A stretch of 64,000 nt of DNA from Macrostomum hystrix (taxonomy: Eukaryota; Animalia; Platyhelminthes): contig CATNEN010000041.1 of NCBI GenBank assembly GCA_950097015.1, positions 2,542,001 through 2,606,000 of the forward strand. Reading direction: 5' to 3'. The notes beneath the pieces are model-generated. The model was not told the DNA's origin and ran no database searches. It saw only the letters and a list, made by a program, of their open reading frames with translations. The translations under genes were made by a program, and so were the position numbers. Positions 45,973 to 58,689 of this stretch are shown here, one piece after another. Within the stretch, counting starts at the first letter, position 1, and every line of letters begins with the position of its first letter.

Positions 45973-46135
45973 CGGGGCAGATGTACACTGCGCTGTGTGC
46001 CTGCGTACGGTATCAGTGTGCGTGTGCTCAGGAGTACATCTGCCCCGGCAGCGAAATAGACTGAATGGCCTCCTCGCTGGCTGCGGGTCTACTGTCACTG
46101 ATGAAATGTGTGCCCACAGCTCTCTCGCAGATGAT
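45973..46135 (+). mobile_element. 5'-truncated copy of SINE family 1
   Basis: GGGCAGATGTACAC..GTGCTCAGGAGT..CCCACAGC shared with the other copies; 14-bp perfect inverted repeat at 45973-45986 and 46034-46047. Confidence 0.7.
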
Positions 46136-47269
46136 ATCACAATACTACTGAGTCCCTTAGTCCGTAAAAAAGGCAGACACTGAAGGCAAAGCAGAGCAAG
46201 TCGTGTCGATATTGATAGCAGAGATTTAACAAAAGTGCAAGAGCATGTCGCTCTAATCGTGGTCTTTGATATTAGTCATAAAGAGGCGGATAAACATGGT
46301 AATAAATATGCAAAAAACAAAAAACATATAGAGCAATTGATACTCAGAAAGATGCAGACAGAGCAGGGACTGGGGCAGTAGAATGAAAGGTAGTGGACCA
46401 CTGGGCACAAAGAAAAACAAATAGAATTAACACAAAGCGAATCAGATTCCAGTGTTAAAAATGTTCTCTGACCCTGAACACAAGCTGGGCCTCACAAACT
46501 TGAGAAGAGAGCTCACGAATGACCAGGTCGGACTGATATGAATGCATGAATGAGTACATTGACAACTGTAGGCAAAGCAGACGACATTCGATCTAAGATT
46601 GGTGCCCCAGTGCAGCTGCTGTTGGTGTTGCTTGAGGTGGGCAGTAGGCCCTCGCTCTTTGATTGGCTGGTGCAGTGTGCAGCCAGGCAGCCTCTAAGAT
46701 AAATCAGGAATCAGTGAATCAAAAATGACGGAGGAGTTTGCAGAATCTGCCCCCATGATAAGTTTCTCAAGACAATAGCTTCACAAAACCTATCTTGGAA
46801 ATTTGCTGGGGGAAAAGAAACATAGAAAGTACATTTCAAATCAGAGAAGCGAGAATAGTGAGAGAAAAGCACAACAAACAACACAACTGGGCTTCATTGT
46901 AAAGCGACGTTTAAAAAACATGGTCAGATATCAACTACTGAAAGTAGTGCACACTAACAACAGTGAACTGGGAAAATCCAAAAATGTAGGACGCCTGGGA
47001 ACTGTCTAAAACAACGAAAAGCTTGAAGTCTACTAACAGTAGTTAATGCGAATGCGACAATGTTAGGGAGCGAACCGTAGTAGAAAAAATAAACAAGGCG
47101 GTAGCTCAAAGAAGAACGGAACAGTACCTTGGGTCCCTAAACTGCCTACTAGCACAAGTAGTCTCTGAGGGCCGCCGGACCAGACCAGACAGACAGGAAT
47201 GCAGAGTGACAAGCGAGCGACACAATGCCTCAGCCCTTCGCTGAATAACCAGCCCCAGCCCCCTTTGAG

Positions 47270-47515
47270 CAGATCAGAGTTCAAATTCACCCGCCCCAGC
47301 CCCCTTTGAGTTGTGTTCAGATTCACCCGCCCCAGCCCCCTTTAAGTTGTGTTCAAATTCACCCGCCCCAGACCCCTTTGAGTTGTGTTCAAATTCATCC
47401 GCCCCAGCCCCCTTTGAGTTGTGTTCAGATTCACCCGCCCCAGCCCCCTTTGATTTGTGTTCAGATTCACCCGCCCCAGCCCCCTTTGAGTTGTGTTCAA
47501 ATTCACCCGCCCCGG
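47270..47515. repeat. 36-bp minisatellite just downstream of the GLG1 stop
   Basis: GAGTTGTGTTCAGATTCACCCGCCCCAGCCCCCTTT x6-7. Confidence 0.92.
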
Positions 47516-47559
47516 CACAATGGCCCCAAATCCGTTGCCAAGCCGGTCTCCGGTGCCGC

Positions 47560-50500
47560 TCAGCGGTTCTTCATGTCCACACGGACCCGCTTGGTGACGC
47601 GGCCGGCGCACACGCCGACAACCAGCAGGCCGAGGACCAACAGCAGGCCGACCAGCAGGAAGTACGTGCGCGACGGCGAGGCCGACATCTGGATCATCAC
47701 CTCGTGGAAGCTCTCCGGTGGTGACGCCTTGTAGGCTGACTCCATGAGCTGCACGCGCTCGCTGAGGCGCCGGCGGCACTGATCGGTGATCATCAGGTTG
47801 GCTTGGCTGTCCTTGAACAGGCTGATGGCGCAGGACATCTGCCGGCCATTGCCCAGCGGCACGCCGCGGCACAGGTTGCGAATCTCGAACAGGCAGGCCT
47901 GGTACAGAACGGGATCCACGTGAATGTCGGCGCCTATGTCCTTGAACAGCAGCACCACCTGTTTCTGGCATTCCGAATACTCCTTCGGGATTTTGTTCTG
48001 GGCGGCGGTCCGCTTCAGGCACTCCGTGACGCTCAGCAGGCTGCCGGAGGAGCCGGTGTCCGGCTCAGCGTCGGCCATCTCCTCGGAGCAGAACCTCTGC
48101 ACCACCGGCTTGCAGGCGCGGGCCAGGTGCGGCTCCAGCCTGTAGTTCATGTTGTACTCGAATAGCATGTCCCGCAGGAACCGGTGGCAGCGCTCCTGTA
48201 GCGGCTTGCCCTCCAGCTTGACGCGGCGCAGGCACTGCATCACCGTGTCCTGCAGCTGGTCCTGCGTGGACTTGAATCGTTTGTCACCGGCCAGCTTCAG
48301 CTCACTGGAGCAGTACCTGCGGGTGGCCGAGGGTGCGAGCGGAGTGACACAGGGTTCAGCGGAGTGACACATGGTACAGCGGAGTGACACGGCACAGCGG
48401 AGTGACATTGGGTACAGCAGAGTGACACAGGGCACAGCGGAGTGACAGGGTTCAGCAGAGTGACACAGGGTACAGCAGAGTGACACAGGGCACAGCGGAG
48501 TGACACAGGGTTCAGCAGAGTGACACAGGGTACAGCAGAGTGACACAGGGTACAGCGGAGTAACACAGGGTACAGCAGAGTGACACAGGGTTCAGCGGAG
48601 TGACACAGGGTTCAGCGGAGTGACACAGGGTTCAGCGGAGTGACACAGGGTACAGCGGAGTGACACAGGGTACAGCAGAGTGACACAGGGTTCAGCGGAG
48701 TGACACGGTACAGCAGAGTGACACAGGGTTCAGCGGAGTGACACAGGGTACAGCAGAGTGACACAGGGTTCAGCGGAGTGACACAGGGTACAGCAGAGTG
48801 ACACAGGGTTCAGCGGAGTGACACAGGGTACAGTGGAGTGACTCAATGGCATCGATGGCTCACTGGGTGACGTCGGGCTGGCAGGAGTGCTTGAGGTCGG
48901 GGTTGAGCTCGTAGTCGGTCTGCTGGACGCGCAGTCGCTTGTAGATGATGCGCCGGCAGCGTTTGTCGAAGTCGTCGTCGTGCATTCGCTCGCGCAGGCA
49001 GGAGAATATCTCGGTTGGGCTGCCAGTCTTCTGCGAGCAGTGCCGGCTGATCATGGCGGAGCAGCGCTTCATCAGGCGAGCATCGTAGGTGGGCATCTCC
49101 ATCTGCAGCTTCTGGCGGCGGAACACAACCCGATGGCAGGCGGGGCTGAGCGCCCCGACGTTATCCTTCAGGCAGGTCAGAGGCTCCTTGGACTGGTGAC
49201 AGAATTTCTTCAGGTCTTCGTTGCACTTCCCTTTGAGGATCGGGTCCAGCTCCACGGACTGGGAGCGTTGCAGCATCTCCAGTGTGAGCTTGGCACGGCA
49301 CTGGGTCGGCACCCGCTGCTCACTGTCGGTCAGGGTGTCGTTGCGCACCATCTCAGACAGGCAGCGGACTGCATCCGTCTTGGTGGCCAGGCCTCGGCAG
49401 CGGAGGGTGATCGTCTCGCCGCATGCGCGGGAGAAGGCGTACGAGAATTTCACGTCGTTTAGGGCGATGAGCTGGTGGTGGTGAACCCCGGCGCGGCATT
49501 TCTCAGGCATGTCCGGGTGCTTCTTGAATCGGATGAGGCACTCCATCACAGTGTCTGGGCGGGTCGATAAGTGAATGACTTAACAAAGTGAACATAACAA
49601 AGACTGGAGTGAGATGCTGGCTGACCCGACACAACAAAGACTGGAGTGAGATGCAAACCAGCAAAGCGGCAAATCACAAGGTCACCAAAGGCTCACCGTC
49701 GGATACGGAGTCGGTGTCCTTGCTGCAGTGGGACTGGACGAACGGCAGACAGCTGCGCACCATGATCACGTCAGGGCTGAGCCGGATGTCCCGGCTGGCT
49801 GCCGCCGTCAGCTCGCGCACCGCCGCGCGGCAGGGCTGAGACAGCTCGCTCATCTTGTCCTGCAGGCAGCGAAACTCCTGGCCGTTGCCGGACTGTTTCA
49901 TACACAAGGAGGACAGTTCCGTGATACAGGGGCCGTACAGGCGCGGGTCCAGCTTCACCCGGTTGGCGCGCTCCTCCAGGCTGCGCCGCAGCTCCTTGCT
50001 GCAGGCCTGCGGTACTCTGCGGGTGGACAGGCGAAAATTTCAAGAACTGATTGCGGCACAGCTGTGAACCGGTGGGAACTAGTGATTGAAAGGTGGGAAC
50101 TTGCGATGGACATGAGCGAACTAGTGATGGACAGGTGGAAACAGTAGGGTGATTAGTGAGCAGCCGTACCTGTCGCCAGCCTTATCGTGCATGTGGTGGA
50201 AGAGGCAGTTGTAGACTACTGCGGCAGGCTGGTAGCCCTGGTCGCGGTCGGTCTGGAACCAATCCTTGGAGGCGTTGCACAAGGCGGTGGCAGGCTCCTG
50301 GCAGGCTCGGTACAGGCGGTAGTTCAGCTTGAAGTCGCGGTTCTCGAAGTACTCGAGCTCAGCGATGCGGTCGGCGCATTCGCGACCGACGGAGTCCGGC
50401 TCGTTAGCGATGAGCGCCTTTAAGCACACGTAGCCGTTCTTGTGCTGCGACTGCATGCACCTGGAGTTCAACTCGCCCCGGCAGCTCTCCGACACCACCG

Positions 50501-53500
50501 GGTCCACCTGAGAGAAATGAAAGCAATCAGATCACCAAATTGCACCCCACTTCCTTCCGATGCAACCCACTTCCTTCCGATGCAACCCACTTCCTTCCGA
50601 TGCAACCCACTTCCTTCCGATGCAACCCACTTCCTTCCGATGCAACCCACTTCCATCCGATGCAACCCACTTCCCATGACACCCACTTCCTTCCTATCCC
50701 ACCCACTTCCTTCCTATGCCACCCACTTCCTTCCTATGCCACCCACTTCCTATGTCACCCACTTCCACCTCGTTGGTCGCTGACCTGGAGGTCCCTCGTT
50801 GGCATGGCAACACGGAGCAGGCGGGCCACGGCGGCGCCGCAATCGGCCACTATGGACGCGTTGGTGGCGTCCTGCACTAGGCGCATGACGCAGTGCAGCA
50901 GCTGCTGCTCCGGTGTGGCCTCCTTGCGACAAACATTCAGCTGCTCGGCGCACTTCTTAGCCAGCTCGGGTTCGAGCTCCGGCTCGGACAGGTACTCCGC
51001 CCGCACCTGCGGTCAATCGGGCAAGTATTGGGTCATTTATTGGGTCATTTATCAGATAGGCCAGAAACCTGAAGTCCAGAAGTTGCGTGGCCAGTGGACT
51101 GGAAATGTCTTTAGTCTGATAATCCCTGGACTGAAAGTGTCTGGGGGAATGGTCAGTCCGATAATCCCTGGATTGAATGTGTCTGGGGGAATGGCCAGTC
51201 TGATAATCCCTGGATTGAATGTGTCTGGGGGGAATGGCCAGTCCGATAATCCCTGGATTGAATGTGTCTGGGGGAATGGCCAGTCTGATAATCCCTGGAT
51301 TGAATGTGTCTGGGGGGAATGGTCAGTCCGATAATCCCTGGATTGAATGTGTCTGGGGGGAATGGTCAGTCCGATAATCCCTGGTCTGAAAGTGTCTGGG
51401 GGGAATGGCCAGTCCGATAATCCCTGGTCTGAAAGTGTCTGGGGGAATGGCCAGTCCGATAATCCCTGGATTTAATGTGTCTAGGGGAATGGCCAGTCCG
51501 ATAATCCCTGGATTGAATGTGTCTGGGGGAATTGCCAGTCCGATAATCCCTGGTCTGAAAGTGTCTGGGGGAATGGCCAGTCCGATAATCCCTGGATTTA
51601 ATGTGTCTAGGGGAATGGCCAGTCCGATAATCCCTGGATTGAATGTGTTGGGGTCCGGCATTGACGCAGGCCTCGCTGATTGCTCACCTTGAGCATCTGG
51701 CGCTTGCACTCGGTGTCAACCGACTCGCCACCCTTGGTCATGATGGCATTCTCCAGGCAGAGCAGGGCCCGCACCATGCCGTGCTCCTTGCCGTCCTCCT
51801 CGGTGCCCAGGTCGCACCGGTGCTTCTCAAGGTCGTCCTGGCAGGCCTGGGCGAAGCGGTGCTCAACGCGGTAGTCGTACTGCATCAGCGAGTGCACTCG
51901 CTTGAGCTCGGCTTTGCAGCGGTTCGACAGGGAGCTGGGCGACTGCCGGCTGAGGCAGCTGAACACGCGGCCGTCTCCTGAGGTGACGCCAGAGCAGAGG
52001 CGCTCGCGGTCATCGCGGCAGGCGTAGAACAGCTGCCGGTCATTGTGATAGTCGTCAGACTGCAGCTCGGCCAGGCGGAGCAGCTGGCGCCGGCAGTCCT
52101 GGGCGAGCTCGCCAGCCCGGCGGCTCAGGCAGGCGATGGTCTGGCCCTGTGGGGTGGGGAAAATGGGCCTCTATGAGACTGCCCGCTCAAAGCTCAAAGC
52201 AGTCACTGAGAGTTTCAATAGTTACTAGCCTTAGTGTAAAGCAACTAAATGAGTCTTAAAAGTTTGTGGACTAGATTTAACTGTTCCATTACTGGAATCC
52301 ATGATTTTACCTGTTTCTATTACTGGAATCCATGATTTTACCTGTTTCTATTACTGGAATCCATGATTTTACCTGCTTCTATTACTGGAATCCATGATTT
52401 TACCTGTTTCTATTACTGGAATCCATGATTTTACCTGTTTCTATTACTGGAATCCATGATTTTACCTGTTTCTATTACTGGAATCCATGATTTTACCTGT
52501 TCTATTACTGGAATCCATGATTTTACCTGTTTCTATTACTGGAATCCATGATTTTACCTGTTTCTATTACTGGAATCCATGATTTTACCTGTTCTATTAC
52601 TGGAATCCATGATTTTACCTGTTTCTATTACTGGAATCCATGATTTTACCTGTTTCTATTACTGGAATCCATGATTTGACCTGTTTCTATTACTGGAATC
52701 CTGGATTTTACCTGTTCCATTACTGGAACCCAGGATTTTACCTGTGCCATTACTGGAACCCAGGATTTTACCTGTTCCATTACTGGAACCCAGGATTTTA
52801 CCTGTTCCATTACTGGAATCCAGGCTTTTACCCGTTCTATTACTGGAAACCTGGGGAGACAGACGCAGCAATTGAAAATCCGCAGACTCACCTGGCTTTT
52901 TGGCAGGCTGTTCTCGACTTCGTCAGACTCGCTGGCGGGCAGGGTGCCCAGGCGCCCGCAGTGAAACTTGGTCACATCGTCAGCGCATGCCTTGGCAAAG
53001 GGCTGCACCATGCGGTAGTCGCTGAACACGATGGGCTCCAGGCGGTTGAGCAGGGCCACGCAGTCGGGGGAGCGGATTTTGCGCTTGTTCTCGATCAGGC
53101 AGGACACGCGGAGGCCCTGGCCGGGCCGGAGATGGCGGCACTCGGCGAGCTGCTGCAGCTCTGTCTGGCAGGCACCGTTGGCAGCCAGGTCAAACTTGAC
53201 ATTGTGGGTGAGGTTGAACTTCAGCTGCCAGATCTCGTGCTGGCAAGCGGATGGGACGCGGTCAGCCACGGTCTGGTCGCGCTGGAGGCAGTCGAGCACG
53301 GCGAAGTTGTTGTCCAGCACTGAGCGGCTGCACAGGAGGCGGACGGTGGAGGCGCAGGCTTCGCTGTCAGCCAGGCGGCGCTCCGGCCAGGGCGAGCGCC
53401 GAGGCGTCGGGGCGGCGGCGGCGGGGGCGGCGGGAACGACGGCGGGGGCGGCGGGGACAGCACCGGCCCGGTCAGCATTGACAGCTGCAGTCTGGCGAGG

Positions 53501-53513
53501 CTTGCCCTTGTTT
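47560..53513 (-). CDS. GLG1: Golgi apparatus protein 1 (MG-160/ESL-1/cysteine-rich FGF receptor)
   Basis: Exons 53513-52892, 52146-51688, 51006-50785, 50507-50170, 50016-49697, 49554-48864 and 48316-47560 join in frame with GT-AG (~1135 aa). Serial Cys-rich GLG1 repeats, C-terminal TM and the tail GRVTKRVRVDMKNR*. A candidate upstream exon ends at 54001. Confidence 0.95.
48338..48842. repeat. 20-bp intronic minisatellite (GAGTGACACAGGGTACAGCG)
   Basis: About 25 copies in the last GLG1 intron. Confidence 0.95.
50543..50765. repeat. 20-bp intronic repeat (ACCCACTTCCTTCCGATGCA)
   Basis: Direct inspection. Confidence 0.9.
51112..51648. repeat. 39-41-bp intronic minisatellite (CAGTCCGATAATCCCTGGATTGAATGTGTCTGGGGGAATGGC-like)
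   Basis: About 13 copies. Confidence 0.95.
52288..52850. repeat. 31-bp intronic minisatellite (TTACTGGAATCCATGATTTTACCTGTTTCTA)
   Basis: About 18 copies. Confidence 0.95.
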
Positions 53514-53561
53514 CTGAAAGCAGTGGATGCCAATAAATACCTGATCTCACTGAGCTCATGC

Positions 53562-54003
53562 ATCACCTGATATCATGCACACAGATCCTTGCATCACCTG
53601 ATATCATGCACAAAGACCCTTGCATCACCTGATATCATGCACAAAGACCCTTGCATCACCTGATATCATGCACAAAGACCCTTGCATCACCTGATATCAT
53701 GCACAAAAACCCTTGCATCACCTGATATCATGCACACAGACCCTTGCATCACCTGATATCATGCACAAAAACCCTTGCATCACCTGATATCATGCACACA
53801 GACCCTTGCATCACCTGATATCATGCACACAGACCCTTGCATCACCTGATATCATGCACACAGACCCTTGCATCACCTGATATCATGCACACAGACCCTT
53901 GCATCACCTGATATCATGCACACAGACCCTTGCATCACCTGATATCATGCACACAGACCCTTGCATCACCTGATATCATGCACAAAAACCCTTGCATCAC
54001 CTG
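53562..54003. repeat. 31-bp minisatellite (TGCATCACCTGATATCATGCACACAGACCCT) containing a reiterated minus-strand donor ATCAG|GTGATG
   Basis: About 14 copies. Confidence 0.95.
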
Positions 54004-54589
54004 ATTTTAACTCGATTCGCGGGTGCCAGAATGGCATTCAAATTTTTTAAATTTGCCAGTTGTGGAGGCCGCGTCAATGCAGCAGCTGCTGCAGCCAGCG
54101 CCTTATCAGGGCGTCGGACGCCATTAGCGACATCCACAACGTCTTCTTCGTCGCCAATTGGCGGAGCACCTAGTTTTGTTCGCAGGGGTTCAAGAAGGTC
54201 CAGTTTAAGCAAGTGCAGTGCAATGATCAGTAAAGAGCTTGACAGCTTGAGATTAATGACAAACCAACCATCTTGGACCAGCTACCCAGACTTTGCTAAT
54301 AAGCTTATTGTAGAATTCATCTTTCTGCTTTTCTTGCTTTTCACAAAACCGAGCTTTTCAACCTTTTTGTCACAAAGAAGTTTAAAGGGCAATTAACTAA
54401 CTAGACTTACCATTATACTGGTATGATAACATTTTAGCTTTCAATCATGCCATCTCATTACTACCCTCAATAGTTTGATTATTTTTCCTTAGCTATTAAA
54501 CAATTTATGATTCTCAAAACATACGCATAAATCTTTTCTGCTAGGCATATATTTATAGTTTTTACTAAATGCTAAGTATGATACTAGAT

Positions 54590-54790
54590 AAAACTAGATG
54601 GTAGAGGTTGTAGCCTCGCGACTTGAAGGTCGGGGGTTTCGATTCCCGACTCCACTGTAACAATTTGTGCCCTTTAGCAAGACACTTAACTCCATGGACT
54701 GAACAGCTGTATGCAGCCTTCAGATGTGCTATGCAATAGCTGCAGCTGTGCTGTTGGCTGCACATCTGGCCCAATTGGGGGCAGGTGTAA
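54590..54790 (+). mobile_element. tRNA-derived CORE-SINE-like element
   Basis: A box TGGTAGAGG, B box GTTTCGATTCCC, then TGTGCCCTTTAGCAAGACACTTAAC resembling the CORE/MIR domain start. Confidence 0.65.
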
Positions 54791-57647
54791 TCAATTCAAT
54801 GAGATAGTACTAAGCATACAATATAGTAGTTCTTAAAAATATGCAATTAGCTACCTTTTTAGAATTGAAAATGTTTCACTTATTATACCTAGTTACTTAG
54901 AAGAATATAAGTAAGTGTTATATGAGGTTAAAAAAATTAAAAAATTTTCAAAATGAGCTAATTTTAACTCAACATTAATTCATTAAGTCAATTCATTCAA
55001 TCATTAGCAATCGATCTCACAAATTCATAAAGTCTTATGAAAAAAAACAACTCAGTTATCATAGTGGTATGCTCAGATGCTATAGTAGTGTTCTACTCTG
55101 AATCATCTAACTCTCCCTGTCCCTTTTTATATTTTATTTTTACCTTTTTATATTTTACCTATCTTCTACATCTTAGGCATAGCCATGCTACACTGCCTTG
55201 TCCACTGCAAATCGGCAATTGAAATAACTCCATACAATGACAGTAATTTCAAAACTTGCTAAAGTTTTATTTTCACCTGTTACTATGTGTGAAGGTCATT
55301 ATCTTTTATAAAATAATTAAATGAGCACAACTAGAAGATTGCTGAAAAATCAAATGCCTTTAGAAAGAGGCAACTACCAATACTAACAATAGTCTTAAAT
55401 GAAGAAATATAGTTTCTTAAAGTCTAATTCATGCAACTGGCTATACATAAAAGATTAAATAAATCAATACTTCTAAGAGTTCTTTCAATAAAAAAGAACT
55501 ATTTTTTATAAAGACATTGCTATAGACCAAAGTTATCTAGGCTTCTTAATAAAAGCTGAATTCAGAATAGCACTAGAAAGAGTACAGGAAATGGACAGAA
55601 AATATTTAATTTCAAATTAAAAAACAAAGCTACAAACAAGGACAACAATAAAAAATGATAGCTTTAAACATTTCTTACACAATGAATTGCCAAAAAGTTG
55701 GACAACAACCACGTAGATAATAAAACTTAACTGAAGTTTATGCATTGCTTTTATGTTGCCGAAAATGGCTTATGATCTTTTAGTATAAGGATAATAAGGG
55801 GCAAAAAAACTTGTAGGAAAATAAAGAAACACTAACTATAACGTTCAGGTGCTTTTTCACTAGAAGCTTTAAGCTAAAATGAATAAAAGACTAGCTAACG
55901 AAGTGTAAAAAACTTGTGAAATTTTTAAGCTGAGTAAATTAATACGGCTGTGATAAGTCCTACTAAGAATTAAGATTGTGCGGTTTAATATACGCTAGCT
56001 TCTTGTTTGTGTTCCTGTTGAATTTAGGTTCACCAGGGCCTATTAAATAAACACACACCAATACAAAAATCTAAGGAATTAATATTTACTATTTTACTGG
56101 ATTTGTAAGTTTTCCATGACGCAAATAAAAATGTTTCAAATTATAACAAACCTTTTAGCTTGAATACATAAAATAGTTCATACAGGTGCTTTTACTTGCA
56201 GTAAGAACAGTATATGTTTGTATTAATGCAATATTAGTAGCAGTTTAGAGCTTGATTTCCCACAATTCTGAACTTGCATCCACGGCAGTAATAAAGGTTG
56301 GAGTTGAACATTTTTACGTCAAAATGACAATTTGACAATTTTTTCATATTTACAAACTGGCCGTCGACAAATTATACCCGATTCACTTTTTATTTAACGT
56401 CGATTAATTGCAGCAGAGATGTAGTAAAAGCCTTTCTAGGTGGTAAACATTGAATATTTAGTTATATAATGCTAGTGGTCCTTGCTTATTTCCTTTTCCT
56501 CGCACAACCACTCTGATAAATAGCATTTAGAAGTTTTTTAGTTATTTATATGAATTTCTTTAGTATAGTTATTTATTTAGTGATAGAAACAACATACGTA
56601 TCTACGTTTTTTACCAAAATAACGTATTTAAAAGATTCGATCTAGGAAAGTTTTTTTATTAAAAAACCTAATTGTTTAATTAATTCTGTAATGACGAAAA
56701 CCAAAAAGTAAAGACAAGAAACTAATGGCGTAGCCAAGAATTTTGTCTAGAGTACGTGAGATGAGCGCGGATGAGAGCAACGCTTTTATAACCCATTATA
56801 TTTGGCTTCAGCCGATACGCAGAGCCAGAAGCGATATAACACTCTGGCTCTGGCTTTGAGAGAGAGCATGAGAATATTGGTAGCATGAGAGAGAGAACGT
56901 ATAGCTGTATACCTAGACTGGTGTACACAATTGTGCTACACATTACATAGGGGCCGCGCATTTTGGTGGTGCTGCACTACTAGAGGATCGCCACTATACC
57001 ACACGGGGGTGCCAAGCTACTGCACATGGTGGCGCCACTATATCACGGGTGCGCCACAACAACATGGGGGTGCCACTACCAAAAGAGGGCACCAATACCA
57101 CATGGGAGCGCCACTATCACGAGTGCGCCAAAACCACATGGGTGCGCCACTATCAAGGGGTGCACTTGCTCACAATAGCTCCTTAATGTAATATAGCGAT
57201 TTGTACAGCTTGCAGCTTGCAGTTTGCAGCTGAGTTGGATATGCTATAGCTATAGTCAGTAATTTTTATAAAGTAAATAAAATATGACTTGCAAATAACA
57301 AAATAATCATATATATACATAGAAAAAAGATATCCAGCGTTTAGTTTGGTTAGTTTTATTTTGCATGCCAAGAAACGTACGTACTGCGTGAACGCAGCCA
57401 GATTTTGAAATTCATTTTTCTTGTCGTTTTCCGAGAAACTTAATAGCTTTATCATGACAATTTGTGATTGGCTACATTATGAATAATAAATATTGATCCC
57501 TATTAAAATTTTTGACAATGGTTTTAATTTAATTAAATTTAATTTAATCTACCCTCTTAAGAGTATAAATAGAATATAATTAAGCTATAATCAAAGTATT
57601 ACATTTCAAGCATATGAAGCATATTAGATGCAATATATATATACCAC

Positions 57648-57716
57648 TGTACACAGATGGTACATCAGATGGTACACAGATGGTACACAGATGGTACACA
57701 GATAGTACATAGATGG
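57648..57716. repeat. 11-bp repeat (TACACAGATGG)
   Basis: About 6 copies. Confidence 0.85.
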
Positions 57717-58689
57717 TATCTGTGAGATTATAACCGTGTATTCAAATTCAATGCAAGCATTCTGTGCATGTATTGAAGGCGAAAATATGCTCAGCTTAAA
57801 GTAGTATTTATTAAGTTTCTACTATCGAAACTTAACTAGATCAAATTGGGTCTATTTTTCACTGCATTGTTAGTTTTGCTACTGTGTGTAGCATGACCGG
57901 GCTTAATATTGAGTTTTCAAAGTATAGTGCATGCATTATTCAACTGAGACGAATATACAAAGAAACTGATATAGCTTTTAAGGATGCATCAATCACACCA
58001 ACAACAAAAGATCATACTTGGACATCATTATCAGGTATAATTTTTTTGACTAATCATTTGTGAGCTTTTATTTTTATTCACCCATGTTTTGAAGTCAAAT
58101 TATTACTTTTCTAGCTATAGTTTTTCTGATTGATCTCCACTTTAAAGTATGGGACTTTTAGTAAGAGTCCTGTGTTTTTATTGACCAAAGAAGAAATGTG
58201 TTACAAAGGTTATATTTAAATTATAAATCATTTTGTAAGAATATTAAATGTAAGTTTTAAAAATGTATTACTATAATATAAATTTGAATTTTTATCTGAA
58301 TTTCAAAGTATTGCTTAAAAAACAAGCTTCATAGTAGCTAGAGCAATAGCCAATGTCAAATATAATACAGATAGCAGTATAGCTAACAAATCATTTTCTA
58401 TGACTACCAATACACACCAATACAATACATACCAATTTTTTATGTTATTATTTGTTTCTTGCCTTAACAAAAAAAATTCAGTAATAAATTGTGTAAAATT
58501 GAATTAGGTCCTGTCCTGAGTTGTGACTAGCTCAGTGTTCTAGTTCAGTTCTATCCAGTTAAACCAATTTTATAACTTTGCTTTGAGCCTCAGCAAAATC
58601 CCAGCCTGCCACCCCATCTACCTCACCAAGAGCGGCACACTCGCGAGGTTGCTGCCCACCTGGACCCCTTAGTCGAGGCGCAGCTTCAA

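Noticed and set aside
46060-46140. GCCTCCTCGCTGGC, identical to HDV P3/L3, inside a SINE copy
   Set aside because: A weak P1 can be drawn, but there is no GG for P1.1, no P2 partner and no C-N-A-A junction. The nearby GAAA and CTGATGA also do not close a hammerhead.
26479-54290. Three in-frame TAGs interrupting plausible frames (~26480, 32922, ~54285) suggesting read-through or recoding
   Set aside because: The well-supported host exons contain no internal TAG, and the intact LINE ORF ends in TAG. Decay or splicing explains each case.
56725-57170. GC-richer island with repeated GCGCCAC motifs, possibly a MITE
   Set aside because: No matching terminal inverted repeats or TSD could be defined.
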